Shown here one piece after another: positions 20,009 through 29,153 of a stretch of 64,000 nucleotides of DNA. The position numbers and the translations under genes are program-made. Source of the DNA: an uncultured Bdellovibrionales bacterium (GTDB taxonomy: Bacteria > Patescibacteriota > Minisyncoccia > Moranbacterales > DUUL01); the NCBI GenBank assembly GCA_964421125.1, contig CAYQVD010000005.1, forward strand, positions 867 to 64,866, given 5' to 3'. Each line of letters starts with the position of its first letter. Positions within the stretch are counted from its first letter, which is position 1. A model generated the notes under the pieces. The model had not been told where the DNA came from. It made no database searches and was given only the letters and a program-made list of their open reading frames with translations.

Positions 20009-20088
20009 GAGCTTTTTGGATAACATATTTTCTCCCAAAATCCCATCGGAACGGCCTGACACTCGAAAATATATCATCCAAAAAGCTC
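20009..20088 (-). repeat. ~80-nt hairpin element family B, copy 3 (inverted)
   Basis: Minus strand reads GAGCTTTTTGGATGATATATTTTCGAGTGTCAGGCCGTTCCGATGGGATTTTGGGAGAAAATATGTTATCCAAAAAGCTC; same core with a different outer stem. Confidence 0.85.
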
Positions 20089-20138
20089 CGTGAGTAAATA
20101 GTTAAAATATAAAAAATAATCGATTTAAAAATATTTTA

Positions 20139-20281
20139 TGGGAATAAAATTTTCTACAAAAATTTTGTCTGAAAGCCCAAATTTTATCTGGAAATCGTCT
20201 AAGGTAGTGTTGAATGTGGGTAAGATTTTCAGTAATAAAATTTAGGGCTTGAGTTTATTTTTGTAGAAAATTTTATTCCCA
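20139..20281. repeat. ~143-nt nested-hairpin element family C, copy 1
   Basis: 25-bp terminal inverted repeat with inner stems; direct repeat of 20967-21108. Confidence 0.88.
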
Positions 20282-20341
20282 GAAAAGATTATGCTCAAAC
20301 AAAAAACACTCTTAAAAACTGTCATATTTCAGTTATTCTAA

Positions 20342-20914
20342 CTACTTTTTCATTGCCCTTAAAGCGATGGTAATTCTTTCTGATAAATCGTCAGATTCTT
20401 TTGCTGAAATTTTAGCTGCTTCTCGTGCCTCCGAAACTGAATATCCCATACTCACCAGCGCTTCAATGACTTCCTGGTCAGTCTGAGCATTTTCTTGATC
20501 ACTTTCCGATGGAAGCATGTCGACCTTGTTCTGAAGCTCTAAAATCACTCTCTCTGCGATCTTTTTCCCTACTCCTGACACTTTGGTTAGAATAGATGAG
20601 TCCTCATTAACAATGGCAGTTTTAATTGTTTTTGGAGGAGCAATGGTCAGAAGCCCAAGTCCTGCCTTCGGTCCAATACCAGAAACTCCAATCAACAATT
20701 CAAACATCTCAAGCTCTTCCTGACTAATAAAACCATAAAGAGCCAAAATATCCTCTCGAACGTGAGTGTGGATAAAAACTTCTGCCTCTTCCATAGAAAC
20801 AATTTTCCCTAAAGTCACTTCGGTCATGTGAACTTGATAGCCAACTCCACTGACATTTATAATAGCAGTATTCCCACGAACTTGATCAACTTTTCCAATC
20901 AACTTCCCTATCAT
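20342..20914 (-). CDS. ruvA: Holliday junction branch migration protein RuvA
   Basis: VSGVGY, HVRED, VSGIGPK, GVGKKIAER and ALVSMGY motifs. Confidence 0.96.
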   Translation of the reverse strand: MIGKLIGKVDQVRGNTAIINVSGVGYQVHMTEVTLGKIVSMEEAEVFIHTHVREDILALYGFISQEELEMFELLIGVSGIGPKAGLGLLTIAPPKTIKTAIVNEDSSILTKVSGVGKKIAERVILELQNKVDMLPSESDQENAQTDQEVIEALVSMGYSVSEAREAAKISAKESDDLSERITIALRAMKK

Positions 20915-20959
20915 TTATTTTATACTTAATATTAAAACTTACACTGAAATATTCAAAGG

Positions 20960-21115
20960 TTTTTTCTGAGAATAAAATTTTCTACAAAAATTTTGCCTGA
21001 AAGTCCAAATTTTACCTGGAAATCGTCCAAGGTGGTGTTGAATGTGGGTAAGATTTTCAGTAGTAAAATTTAGGGCTTGAGTTCATTTTTTAGAAAATTT
21101 TATTCTCAGAAAAAA
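20960..21115. repeat. ~143-nt nested-hairpin element family C, copy 2
   Basis: Near-identical to 20139-20281, with compensatory stem changes. Confidence 0.88.
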
Positions 21116-21248
21116 GCACGCCTATATTTTTTAAAATATATCACCTCAATCTTAAAGACTCTACTTATAATAGCATCTCTTTACAAATTTTCCAATCTAT
21201 GTTAGGATTTGTTCATTATATTAATAAATTTATTAAATTTTCCAAGTT

Positions 21249-21512
21249 ATGCCAATCAAAGATTCTGCCAAGAAATACATGAAGGTTACTGAGAAAAAAA
21301 CTGCTTTAAACAGAAAAAGAAAGCTGAATCTCAGAGCTGCTGTAAAAGAAGTCATTGAACTTACAAAAGAAGGCAAAAAAGACGATGCTCGAAAAGCTCT
21401 TGTAAAAGCTCAAAAAGCTCTTGATAAAGCTGTGAAAACAGGTGTCATCAAAAAAAACACTGCCTCAAGAAAAAAATCACGACTTTCAGTATCAATTAAA
21501 AAAATTGCTTAA
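21249..21512 (+). CDS. rpsT: 30S ribosomal protein S20
   Basis: SAKK…N…DKAVKTGVIKKNTASRKKSRL. Confidence 0.95.
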   Translation: MPIKDSAKKYMKVTEKKTALNRKRKLNLRAAVKEVIELTKEGKKDDARKALVKAQKALDKAVKTGVIKKNTASRKKSRLSVSIKKIA

Positions 21513-21525
21513 ATTTCTTTGGATA

Positions 21526-21558
21526 AATAAAATACCTCCTTATAGGAGGTATTTTATT
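21526..21558. terminator. Bidirectional terminator
   Basis: AATAAAATACCTCCT-TAT-AGGAGGTATTTTATT, a perfect palindrome. Confidence 0.85.
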
Positions 21559-21574
21559 ATTAAAAAGCTTTGAT

Positions 21575-23496
21575 TTACTCTTCCATTGATCTCTTTATTT
21601 CTTTTATCAATTTCGCCAGAGAACAAGTAGCTACGCCTAAGACCTTATCTGCTGCTCCATAATAAACAAAAAGTGTTTTTCCTATTAAGACGTTCCCACA
21701 GGAAAAAACTACATTTGGAACATTGCCATTTTTCTCATAAGTAGTTATTGGTTCAAAAATCGGATTTTCAGTACGAGCAATTATCTTCTCTGGGGTTTTT
21801 AAATCAGTAAGCATTGCTCCAAGCCGATAAGCAGAATCTATTTCTGAAATACCATGATACAGAATCAACCAACTATCCTTTGTCTTTATCGGTGGTCCAT
21901 TTAATCCCACCTTCTCACTATCCCATTTTCCTTTACGAGGAATAATCCAATTGTTCTCACTGTTCATTTTTTCTTTCGAAAAATTTAGATCTTTTGAGTA
22001 CAACAGGTCCATACCATAATTATTGATTCTATGGATAGCTAAATATTTCCCTTTGATTTTTTCAGGAAAAATACAGGCATCTTTATTTGAAATAGGAGAA
22101 TCAGAAACCAAATAAGGCTTACTCCATTTCCATTTTTTCTGAATAAAATCTTTTTTTTCAATACTCGTAAGAGCCACGCGAGGTTCTTGCAATCCATTAA
22201 AAGCTGTATAAAACATATATATTTTTGATCCAATTTTAACTAGACGCGGATCCTCACAACCATAATATTGCCCTCGATCATTTTTTTCAAAATCATATTG
22301 AGGAACATACACTGGATGGTTCAATCTCTCATCGATATCAAAACCATTCTTAGATGAAGCATATCCTAAAGCAGAAATAAAATTGGGAGATTCAGCACGA
22401 TAAAGCAAATGAACCTTCCCATTTTCATATATAGCTCCCGCATTGATAGTTGATCTTGCTTCCCATTCATTTTCAGCTTTTGGCTCTAATATTGGATTTT
22501 TATTAAATCTCTTCAAAGAAAAAACGTTAGAATTTTTTTCCAAAATATTACTTATTACGTCTTTCAAATTATAAGTTGTAGCACAACAAACACTATCAGC
22601 TCCAACATAAAAAAGATGAAGTTTTTCTTTTTCAATAAAAGCACCTGAAGGGAAAACTATGTTAGGCATTTTCCCATAAAGTTCATATTCTTTTTCTGGC
22701 ACAAGCAGAGGGGTCTTGCTAACATCAATAATTTTAGATGGGTCATTTTTATCCAATAATGCAGCATGCACTTCAAATAAAGTCTCTTTTTCAGGATTGT
22801 AATAATTTCTGACGTAGGAATAAATAACCAACCTTCTTTAGTTTTGATTGGAGGAGCACCAACCTCAAAATGATCAAATTCATTCTTTGGCAACCGAAGA
22901 AGATTATTATCTGCAGATTGATACCAGTCATCCCAAAATTCTGGCGACCAAATATCTTTTTCTTTATCAAAAAAAGCTATACCAATTTTTGTAGCCGGTG
23001 GACGATCTGTGTCAATTGACAAAAGCGCCACATATTTTCCTTTAATTTTTTCAGGAAATAATATCATTGCCTTAGAATTGAAAGTGGTTACTGGATGTTT
23101 TTCAATTTTTTTAAAATCTTTCGTAATAGCTAATCCAGTCTTTATTCCATCAGGACCAAAAGGAAAACTTGAAAGTGCAGTATAAAAAATATAATACTTT
23201 TTTCCAATCTTTGTTATACGAGGATCCTCACAACCAAATTTTTTCCAATCATATTCAGGTCTAATAAAAAGTTCTCGGTTTTTAAAATTCTTCCCGTCTC
23301 GACTAGTAGCATGACCAATAGTAGAAATTTATAATTTAGCACCATCAACATCTTATGGAGCAGAAATTGCTCGATAAAAAAGATGTGTTATGCCCTTCTC
23401 TTTCAAAGGACAACCATTAAAAGTAGCCTCACTCTCCCAGCTATTTAATTCTGATGGAAGAAGAATCGGATTACATTTGTAACGCTTTGTAATCAT
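21575..23496 (-). pseudogene. Disrupted tandem-domain GH130 (DUF377) glycosidase/phosphorylase
   Basis: ATG at 23496 (MITKRYKCNPIL…); in-frame TAA at 23353-55 and 23329-31; frameshift near 22825-22835 joins ORFs 22657..23067 and 21575..22831; two GCEDPR motifs. Confidence 0.85.
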
Positions 23497-23528
23497 GTTT
23501 TATTTTTATTCAAAATTATTTATAGTAG

Positions 23529-25349
23529 TTAGACTAAAACAACCTTTTTCATAGAAACCACTTTAGGCGATTTAATCATAGATGATAAAAATTCTTTTAT
23601 TGGAGCAACAGCCACACAAACTACTGTGTCTGCCCCACCATAATAAACAAAAAGTTTTTCATCTTTAATAACAGTCCCACAAACATAAACTACTCCAGCT
23701 TTAAATCCTTCATTTTCGTAATGAAGCAATGGTTCTAGTATAGGCTGACTAGCACGGTATAATATTTTTTCCGGATTCTCGTAATCCAAAATCATTGCTC
23801 CAACTTTATATTTATTGGGATCCCGTCTATCCATGGCATGATAAAGTACTAGCCATCCAGAATCAATCTTAATTGGAGGAGCAGCCACTCCTCTTAAAAT
23901 ATTATCCCATCTGCGATCATCTGATTGATTATTCCTATAACTATCAATAACAACATTAGGTTTTTCTATTAAATCAAAATAATCAATCATTATATTAGGA
24001 GCAATACTATGTAAAATCGCAAATTTTCCTTTAATCTTTTCTGGAAAAACCACCCAATTTTTTTGAATTTCTCCTGGGCGAGAAATAAGACTTGGAGTTT
24101 TCCAATTCCACTTTTTATTTAAAAAATCAGAAACTTTTATAGAAGTTATCGCTACTCCAGGAGGACAATTTCCATTAAAAGCTACATAAGTCATATAAAT
24201 TCTTTTTCCAACAACGGTCAAACGAGGATCTTCGCACCCTCCCCATCCCCCACCTGACATATAAGGAAAAGTAAATGTTTCTTTTTGATTATTTTTTCTA
24301 AATTCAAAATATTGCGATGGAACATAGACTGGTCCCGCTAGTCTTTCATCAATTTTAATTCCATCTTTACTCGAGGCATATCCAAGAACAGAAATTCCAT
24401 CTTTCCCAATTGCCCGATAAATTAAATGTACCCTTCCATCTAAAAAAATAGATGCGGGATTAAAAACAGCTTCTGATTCCCAATAGTTCTTGCTTACTGG
24501 TGAAAGAATGGGATTGTTTTCCGTTCTTTGAAGTTGCGGTTGCAAAATAAAATCTTGCTGTTTTTTGTTTAAGGTCTTGATTTTAGAAAAAATGACTGGC
24601 GGAAGATCTGTAGCATGAAAGTTTTCTTTTTCATCTTTTCCGAAAAAAGTATATTTTCCTCGAAATTTTGTAATACCGACAGGAATAAAAGTTTGATTAT
24701 CTGGCTCCCTCCAAAAAGGCAAAGCTGCTCTCCAAATAATTTTCTTTGGATTTTTTTTATCTAAAAGAACTGCTCCAATTGAAAGTTTTTTATTATTATC
24801 TTTCGCATAATAAAAAAGCAAAATTCCTTCTGAATGATAAAAAATACTTGCTGGCATAAGACTTTTTTCGTCAAAATATCCTTTGCGAGCAGATAAAATA
24901 ATTGAAGTTTCTTTCTTATTAAAAAATCCTAATTTAATTTTTTTATCTCCAAAAAGAAACTGTCTTGATTCTCCTTTTTTTCTACTAGAAATAAACAAGC
25001 ATCCTCCATTAATCTTTGGCATTGACTGATCTTTCTTCCAGTGAATTAAGTCTGAAGAAAAAAATAAATTGGTTTTATTTTTTTTCTTAAAAACCGTCTC
25101 ATAAGAAAAAAAGTATTGCTTTTTAGAAATTTTTGAAAAACGGATATTTTTCCAACGAGCAGAATAATTTAAAGGAGTTTTTCCTTTTCCTAAAAAAAGT
25201 TTTTTTACACTTCTTTTGTTGTCCCAGTTAACCAGTTCTATTTGATTAGACTTAACTGTAGTTCGAATAAAAAATCTTTTTTTATCTTCACTAAAAGCAT
25301 TCAAATAATTGAATTTTTTTATTTTATTTTGAAAATTTTTCATTTTCAA
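23529..25349 (-). CDS. GH130 family glycosidase/phosphorylase with a degenerate N-terminal domain
   Basis: NPIL, FNP, YRA, GCEDPR, KNW and YYGGAD motifs in the C-terminal domain. Confidence 0.85.
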   Translation of the reverse strand: MKMKNFQNKIKKFNYLNAFSEDKKRFFIRTTVKSNQIELVNWDNKRSVKKLFLGKGKTPLNYSARWKNIRFSKISKKQYFFSYETVFKKKNKTNLFFSSDLIHWKKDQSMPKINGGCLFISSRKKGESRQFLFGDKKIKLGFFNKKETSIILSARKGYFDEKSLMPASIFYHSEGILLFYYAKDNNKKLSIGAVLLDKKNPKKIIWRAALPFWREPDNQTFIPVGITKFRGKYTFFGKDEKENFHATDLPPVIFSKIKTLNKKQQDFILQPQLQRTENNPILSPVSKNYWESEAVFNPASIFLDGRVHLIYRAIGKDGISVLGYASSKDGIKIDERLAGPVYVPSQYFEFRKNNQKETFTFPYMSGGGWGGCEDPRLTVVGKRIYMTYVAFNGNCPPGVAITSIKVSDFLNKKWNWKTPSLISRPGEIQKNWVVFPEKIKGKFAILHSIAPNIMIDYFDLIEKPNVVIDSYRNNQSDDRRWDNILRGVAAPPIKIDSGWLVLYHAMDRRDPNKYKVGAMILDYENPEKILYRASQPILEPLLHYENEGFKAGVVYVCGTVIKDEKLFVYYGGADTVVCVAVAPIKEFLSSMIKSPKVVSMKKVVLV

Positions 25350-25486
25350 CTAAGACTAATATAAATATTATTATATCATAAATTAAAAAAGATACAATAG
25401 TTTTCAAAAGCCATAAACACAACAAATAAGATTAAAAACAAATTAAAAAAATAATCAGACAAGCTCTTTTAAAAACTTTTTATTCA

Positions 25487-25512
25487 CAAAACACCCCATG
25501 CGGGGTATTTTG
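25487..25512 (-). terminator. Terminator after rpoC
   Basis: CAAAACACCCC-ATGC-GGGGTATTTTG hairpin. Confidence 0.65.
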
Positions 25513-25540
25513 CTTTGTCTAAACCAAGTAAATAGATCTT

Positions 25541-28500
25541 TTATTTCTTCACAAATCCGGTTCCGGCTGGAATTAATTTACCGATAATGATATTTTCTTT
25601 CATTCCTTTTAGTCGATCATATTTTCCTTGAATCGCAGCATTAATCAAAACCTTAGCAGTTTCCTGAAAGGATGCAGCTGATAAGAAACTGTCCGTTGAA
25701 AGGGCTACCTTGGAAATTCCAAGTACTAACCTCTCTCCGTCTGATTCTTCTTTTCCAGCTTTTTTCGCTTCCTTGTTTGCTTTAATAAAAGTATCGTACT
25801 CAACAATATCACCTGTTAGAAGATCTGTTGATCCAGGATTAATGACTTTCACTCTTGAAAGCATTTGTCGGATAACAATCTCGAGATGCTTATCATTAAT
25901 TCCTTCACCTTGAGTTTGATAAATTTCTTGAACTTCTTGGACAATGTATCGATGAAATGCGTCTCTTCCACTAACCTTAAAGTATTTCTTGAGGTCAAGA
26001 TGTCCTTCGGAAAGTATTTGTCCTTGAGTTACAAGATCACCCTTAGAAACTTTCAAGTTCATTACGCCTGGAACTGCATATTCCTTGGTAACTTCATCCT
26101 TTTTAGTCTTTGCTCCAGTTTTTTCAATTTTGATAATCTTTTGCTTCTTTGTATCTTTAATTTCAGTTACCTGTCCATCAAATTCAGCAATTGCAGCTTC
26201 AGTTTTTGGAGGTCGACTTTCGAAAATTTCATCTACACGAGGAAGACCTTGAGTAATGTCAGTCCCAGCTACACCACCAATATGGAAGGTACGCATAGTC
26301 AATTGAGTTCCAGGCTCACCAATTGCTTGAGCAGCCACAGTTCCAACAGCTTCACCAATTGCAACTAGTCGATTTCTTCCAAGATCTTTTCCGTAACATT
26401 TTTGACAAATTCCTTCGGAAGTTTGACAAGTTACAAGACTCCTAATTTTGACCTTATCAACTGTGCTTTCTCCAATTGCAATAGCTTGATCCAATGTGAT
26501 CATCTCACCTTTTTTGGCAAGAACTTTTTTGGTTTTTGGATCAGTGATATTTCCAATCAGAACTCGTCCTTCAATTCGATCTGCAAAATTTTGTCCAATC
26601 TTTTCTGCATCTTCTCGATAAAGAAATGTTCCTTCAGTAGTTCCACAGTCTTCCTCAATAATTACTAAATCCCGAGAAACATCAACCAGTCTTCGAGTCA
26701 AATAACCAGCAGTTGCTGTTCGAAGAGCGGTGTCAGCCATACCTTTTCGAGCACCATGAGTAGAAATAAAATATTCCAATACATTAAATCCCTCTTTAAA
26801 AGAACCTTTTATTGGAAGTTCAATTGTTTCACCAGTTGGTCCAGCCACTAATCCTTTCATTCCAGCCATCTGAACAACTACCGCTTCGGATCCTCGAGCT
26901 TTTGAATAAACCATATCAGCGATTGGTCCTTTTGGATCAATACCATTTCGAACTTCGATAGCAAGTTTGTTCTTAGTATCATTCCAAACTTCAACGACCT
27001 TAGTTTTTCTTTCGTCATCAGTTAAAAGACCAGTTTCAAATTGTTCGTTAACTCCTTCGATTTCCTTATCCGCTGCATCAATTAAACCTTTCTTTGTATC
27101 AGGCACAGTCAAATCATCCATTCCAAGGCTAATTCCAGATTGAGTTACAAAACTAAACCCAAGATTCTTAATTCGGTCAACAAAATCAACGGTGATATCA
27201 TTTCCTTCCGACTTCAAGAAATTTTTAATCAATTTCTTCAACTCACCTTTATCCATGAGCATATTAATATATCTCATATTCTCAGGAAGAATATCATTGA
27301 GAAGAGCTCGTCCTGCAGAAGTTTCCAACTTTTCTCCTTCATAATACAAAGTAACCTTAGATCTCAATTCAACAATATCGGCTTGGTAAGCTCTAATCAG
27401 ATCCTCAATAGAACCAAAGGCCTTCCCTTCTCCTTTCAAATTATCTTTAATTTTTGTCATATAATAAATTCCAAGTACGATGTCCTGTGAAGGAATTGTA
27501 ATTGGATCTCCATTAGAAGGTTTCAAAAGATTTCTACTTGAAAGTAAAATGTTTTCACATTCTTCTCGTGCTTTTTCAGTTAATGGAACATGAACAGCCA
27601 TCTGGTCACCATCAAAATCAGCATTAAAGGCTGCACAAACAAGTGGGTGAATTCGAATAGCTTTTCCCTCAATTAATTTTGGCTTGAAAGCTTGAATTGA
27701 AAGCCTATGAAGAGTTGGAGCTCGATTCAACATTACATATTGATTATCGATAATGTCATCCAACATTTCATACGCCTCTTCTGCTTCAGCATCAACCATT
27801 CTTCCAGCAGTTCTAACATTATGAGCGTGCTCTTTCTCAATTAATTTATTAATAATAAAAGGCTTGAAAAGTTCAAGTGCCATCTTCTTTGGAATTCCAC
27901 ATTCAAAAAGACGAAGACTTGGACCAATCACAATCACACTTCGTCCAGAATAATCAACTCGCTTTCCAAGTAAATTTTGTCGAAATCGTCCTTGTTTTCC
28001 TTTTAGCATGTCTGCCACTGATTTCAAAGCTCTTCTTTGACCAGTTGAAGCAGCAACTTTTGTTTGATTTCTTCGAGAACTGTTATCCAATAAGGCGTCA
28101 ACGGCTTCTTGAAGCATTCGCTTTTCATTTCTTTGAATAACTTCAGGCGCACCAAGATCAATCAACTTTCGAAGTCGATTATTTCGATTAATAATTCTTC
28201 GATAAAGATCATTTAGATCAGATGTTGCAAATCGTCCTCCGTCCAATTGAACCATTGGTCGTAAATCTGGAGGAATAATTGGAATAACTTTCAACATCAT
28301 CCATTCTGGTCGCAAACTAGCCTTCTCAAATCCCTTTAAAACCATCAATCGTTTCATCTGTTTCTTATAGTCACTTCCTTTTTTCTTGGCAACTTTTTCA
28401 TTAATAGCTTTAATTTCATCAGCAATAACAACTTCCTTTAAAAGTCTATCAATCGCTTCTGCTCCAATTGAAGCCTCAAAGACCTGACCAAATTTTCGAG

Positions 28501-29113
28501 CCAGACTATAATATTCTGCCTCAGTTAAAATTTGCTTTAACTGAAGACCTCTTAACTCATCCTTGGCTTGCTGAAAAGACTCCTTTAACTCATCTTTTTC
28601 TTCACTAGTTTTCGCCTCCTTAGTCTTAGCTTTGAATTCATTTTCAAGGCTCTTCCTAGCTTCAGATCGAGCATTTTCATCAACAGAAGCAACAATATAA
28701 CCGGCAAAATAAATAACTCTTTCTAACTCTTGTGGAGAAAGATTCAAAACAAGCCCAATTTTTGATGGCACTCCTCGCAAAAACCAAATATGAGAAACTG
28801 GTGCAGCCAACTTAATATGCCCCATTCGCTCTCGTCTCACAATAGATTTTGTAACTTCAACTCCACATTTATCACAAATAATTCCTTTGTAACGAATCCT
28901 TTTATATTTCCCACAATAGCACTCCCAGTCTTTTGATGGACCAAAAATTTTCTCACAGAAAAGACCATCTTTCTCAAAACGTTGTGTTCGATAGTTAATA
29001 GTTTCTGGACGAGTCACTTCACCATGTGACCAACTTAAAATATCATCAGGGGAAGCCAGTTTCAATTGAATAATATCGAAATCGGAAATTTTAGTTACTT
29101 TATTTTCTGCCAT
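25541..29113 (-). CDS. rpoC: DNA-directed RNA polymerase subunit beta'
   Basis: NADFDGDQM catalytic motif; N-terminal zinc finger; GEPGTQLTMRTFH. Confidence 0.99.
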   Translation of the reverse strand: MAENKVTKISDFDIIQLKLASPDDILSWSHGEVTRPETINYRTQRFEKDGLFCEKIFGPSKDWECYCGKYKRIRYKGIICDKCGVEVTKSIVRRERMGHIKLAAPVSHIWFLRGVPSKIGLVLNLSPQELERVIYFAGYIVASVDENARSEARKSLENEFKAKTKEAKTSEEKDELKESFQQAKDELRGLQLKQILTEAEYYSLARKFGQVFEASIGAEAIDRLLKEVVIADEIKAINEKVAKKKGSDYKKQMKRLMVLKGFEKASLRPEWMMLKVIPIIPPDLRPMVQLDGGRFATSDLNDLYRRIINRNNRLRKLIDLGAPEVIQRNEKRMLQEAVDALLDNSSRRNQTKVAASTGQRRALKSVADMLKGKQGRFRQNLLGKRVDYSGRSVIVIGPSLRLFECGIPKKMALELFKPFIINKLIEKEHAHNVRTAGRMVDAEAEEAYEMLDDIIDNQYVMLNRAPTLHRLSIQAFKPKLIEGKAIRIHPLVCAAFNADFDGDQMAVHVPLTEKAREECENILLSSRNLLKPSNGDPITIPSQDIVLGIYYMTKIKDNLKGEGKAFGSIEDLIRAYQADIVELRSKVTLYYEGEKLETSAGRALLNDILPENMRYINMLMDKGELKKLIKNFLKSEGNDITVDFVDRIKNLGFSFVTQSGISLGMDDLTVPDTKKGLIDAADKEIEGVNEQFETGLLTDDERKTKVVEVWNDTKNKLAIEVRNGIDPKGPIADMVYSKARGSEAVVVQMAGMKGLVAGPTGETIELPIKGSFKEGFNVLEYFISTHGARKGMADTALRTATAGYLTRRLVDVSRDLVIIEEDCGTTEGTFLYREDAEKIGQNFADRIEGRVLIGNITDPKTKKVLAKKGEMITLDQAIAIGESTVDKVKIRSLVTCQTSEGICQKCYGKDLGRNRLVAIGEAVGTVAAQAIGEPGTQLTMRTFHIGGVAGTDITQGLPRVDEIFESRPPKTEAAIAEFDGQVTEIKDTKKQKIIKIEKTGAKTKKDEVTKEYAVPGVMNLKVSKGDLVTQGQILSEGHLDLKKYFKVSGRDAFHRYIVQEVQEIYQTQGEGINDKHLEIVIRQMLSRVKVINPGSTDLLTGDIVEYDTFIKANKEAKKAGKEESDGERLVLGISKVALSTDSFLSAASFQETAKVLINAAIQGKYDRLKGMKENIIIGKLIPAGTGFVKK

Positions 29114-29153
29114 TTTTTTACCTTTAGGTTATTAAAAAGAAGTAATGAAATGT

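Noticed and set aside
19993-20046. N-terminal extension MGFWEKICYPK… of the FemX ORF
   Set aside because: It derives from repeat B copy 3; ATG 19992 is the better start.
12364-21115. CRISPR array
   Set aside because: Repeats are 80-143 nt and separated by whole genes; no regular spacers or cas genes.
23329-23355. In-frame TAA codons as stop-codon reassignment
   Set aside because: TAA, TAG and TGA all terminate intact genes in the window, and the same gene also has a frameshift.
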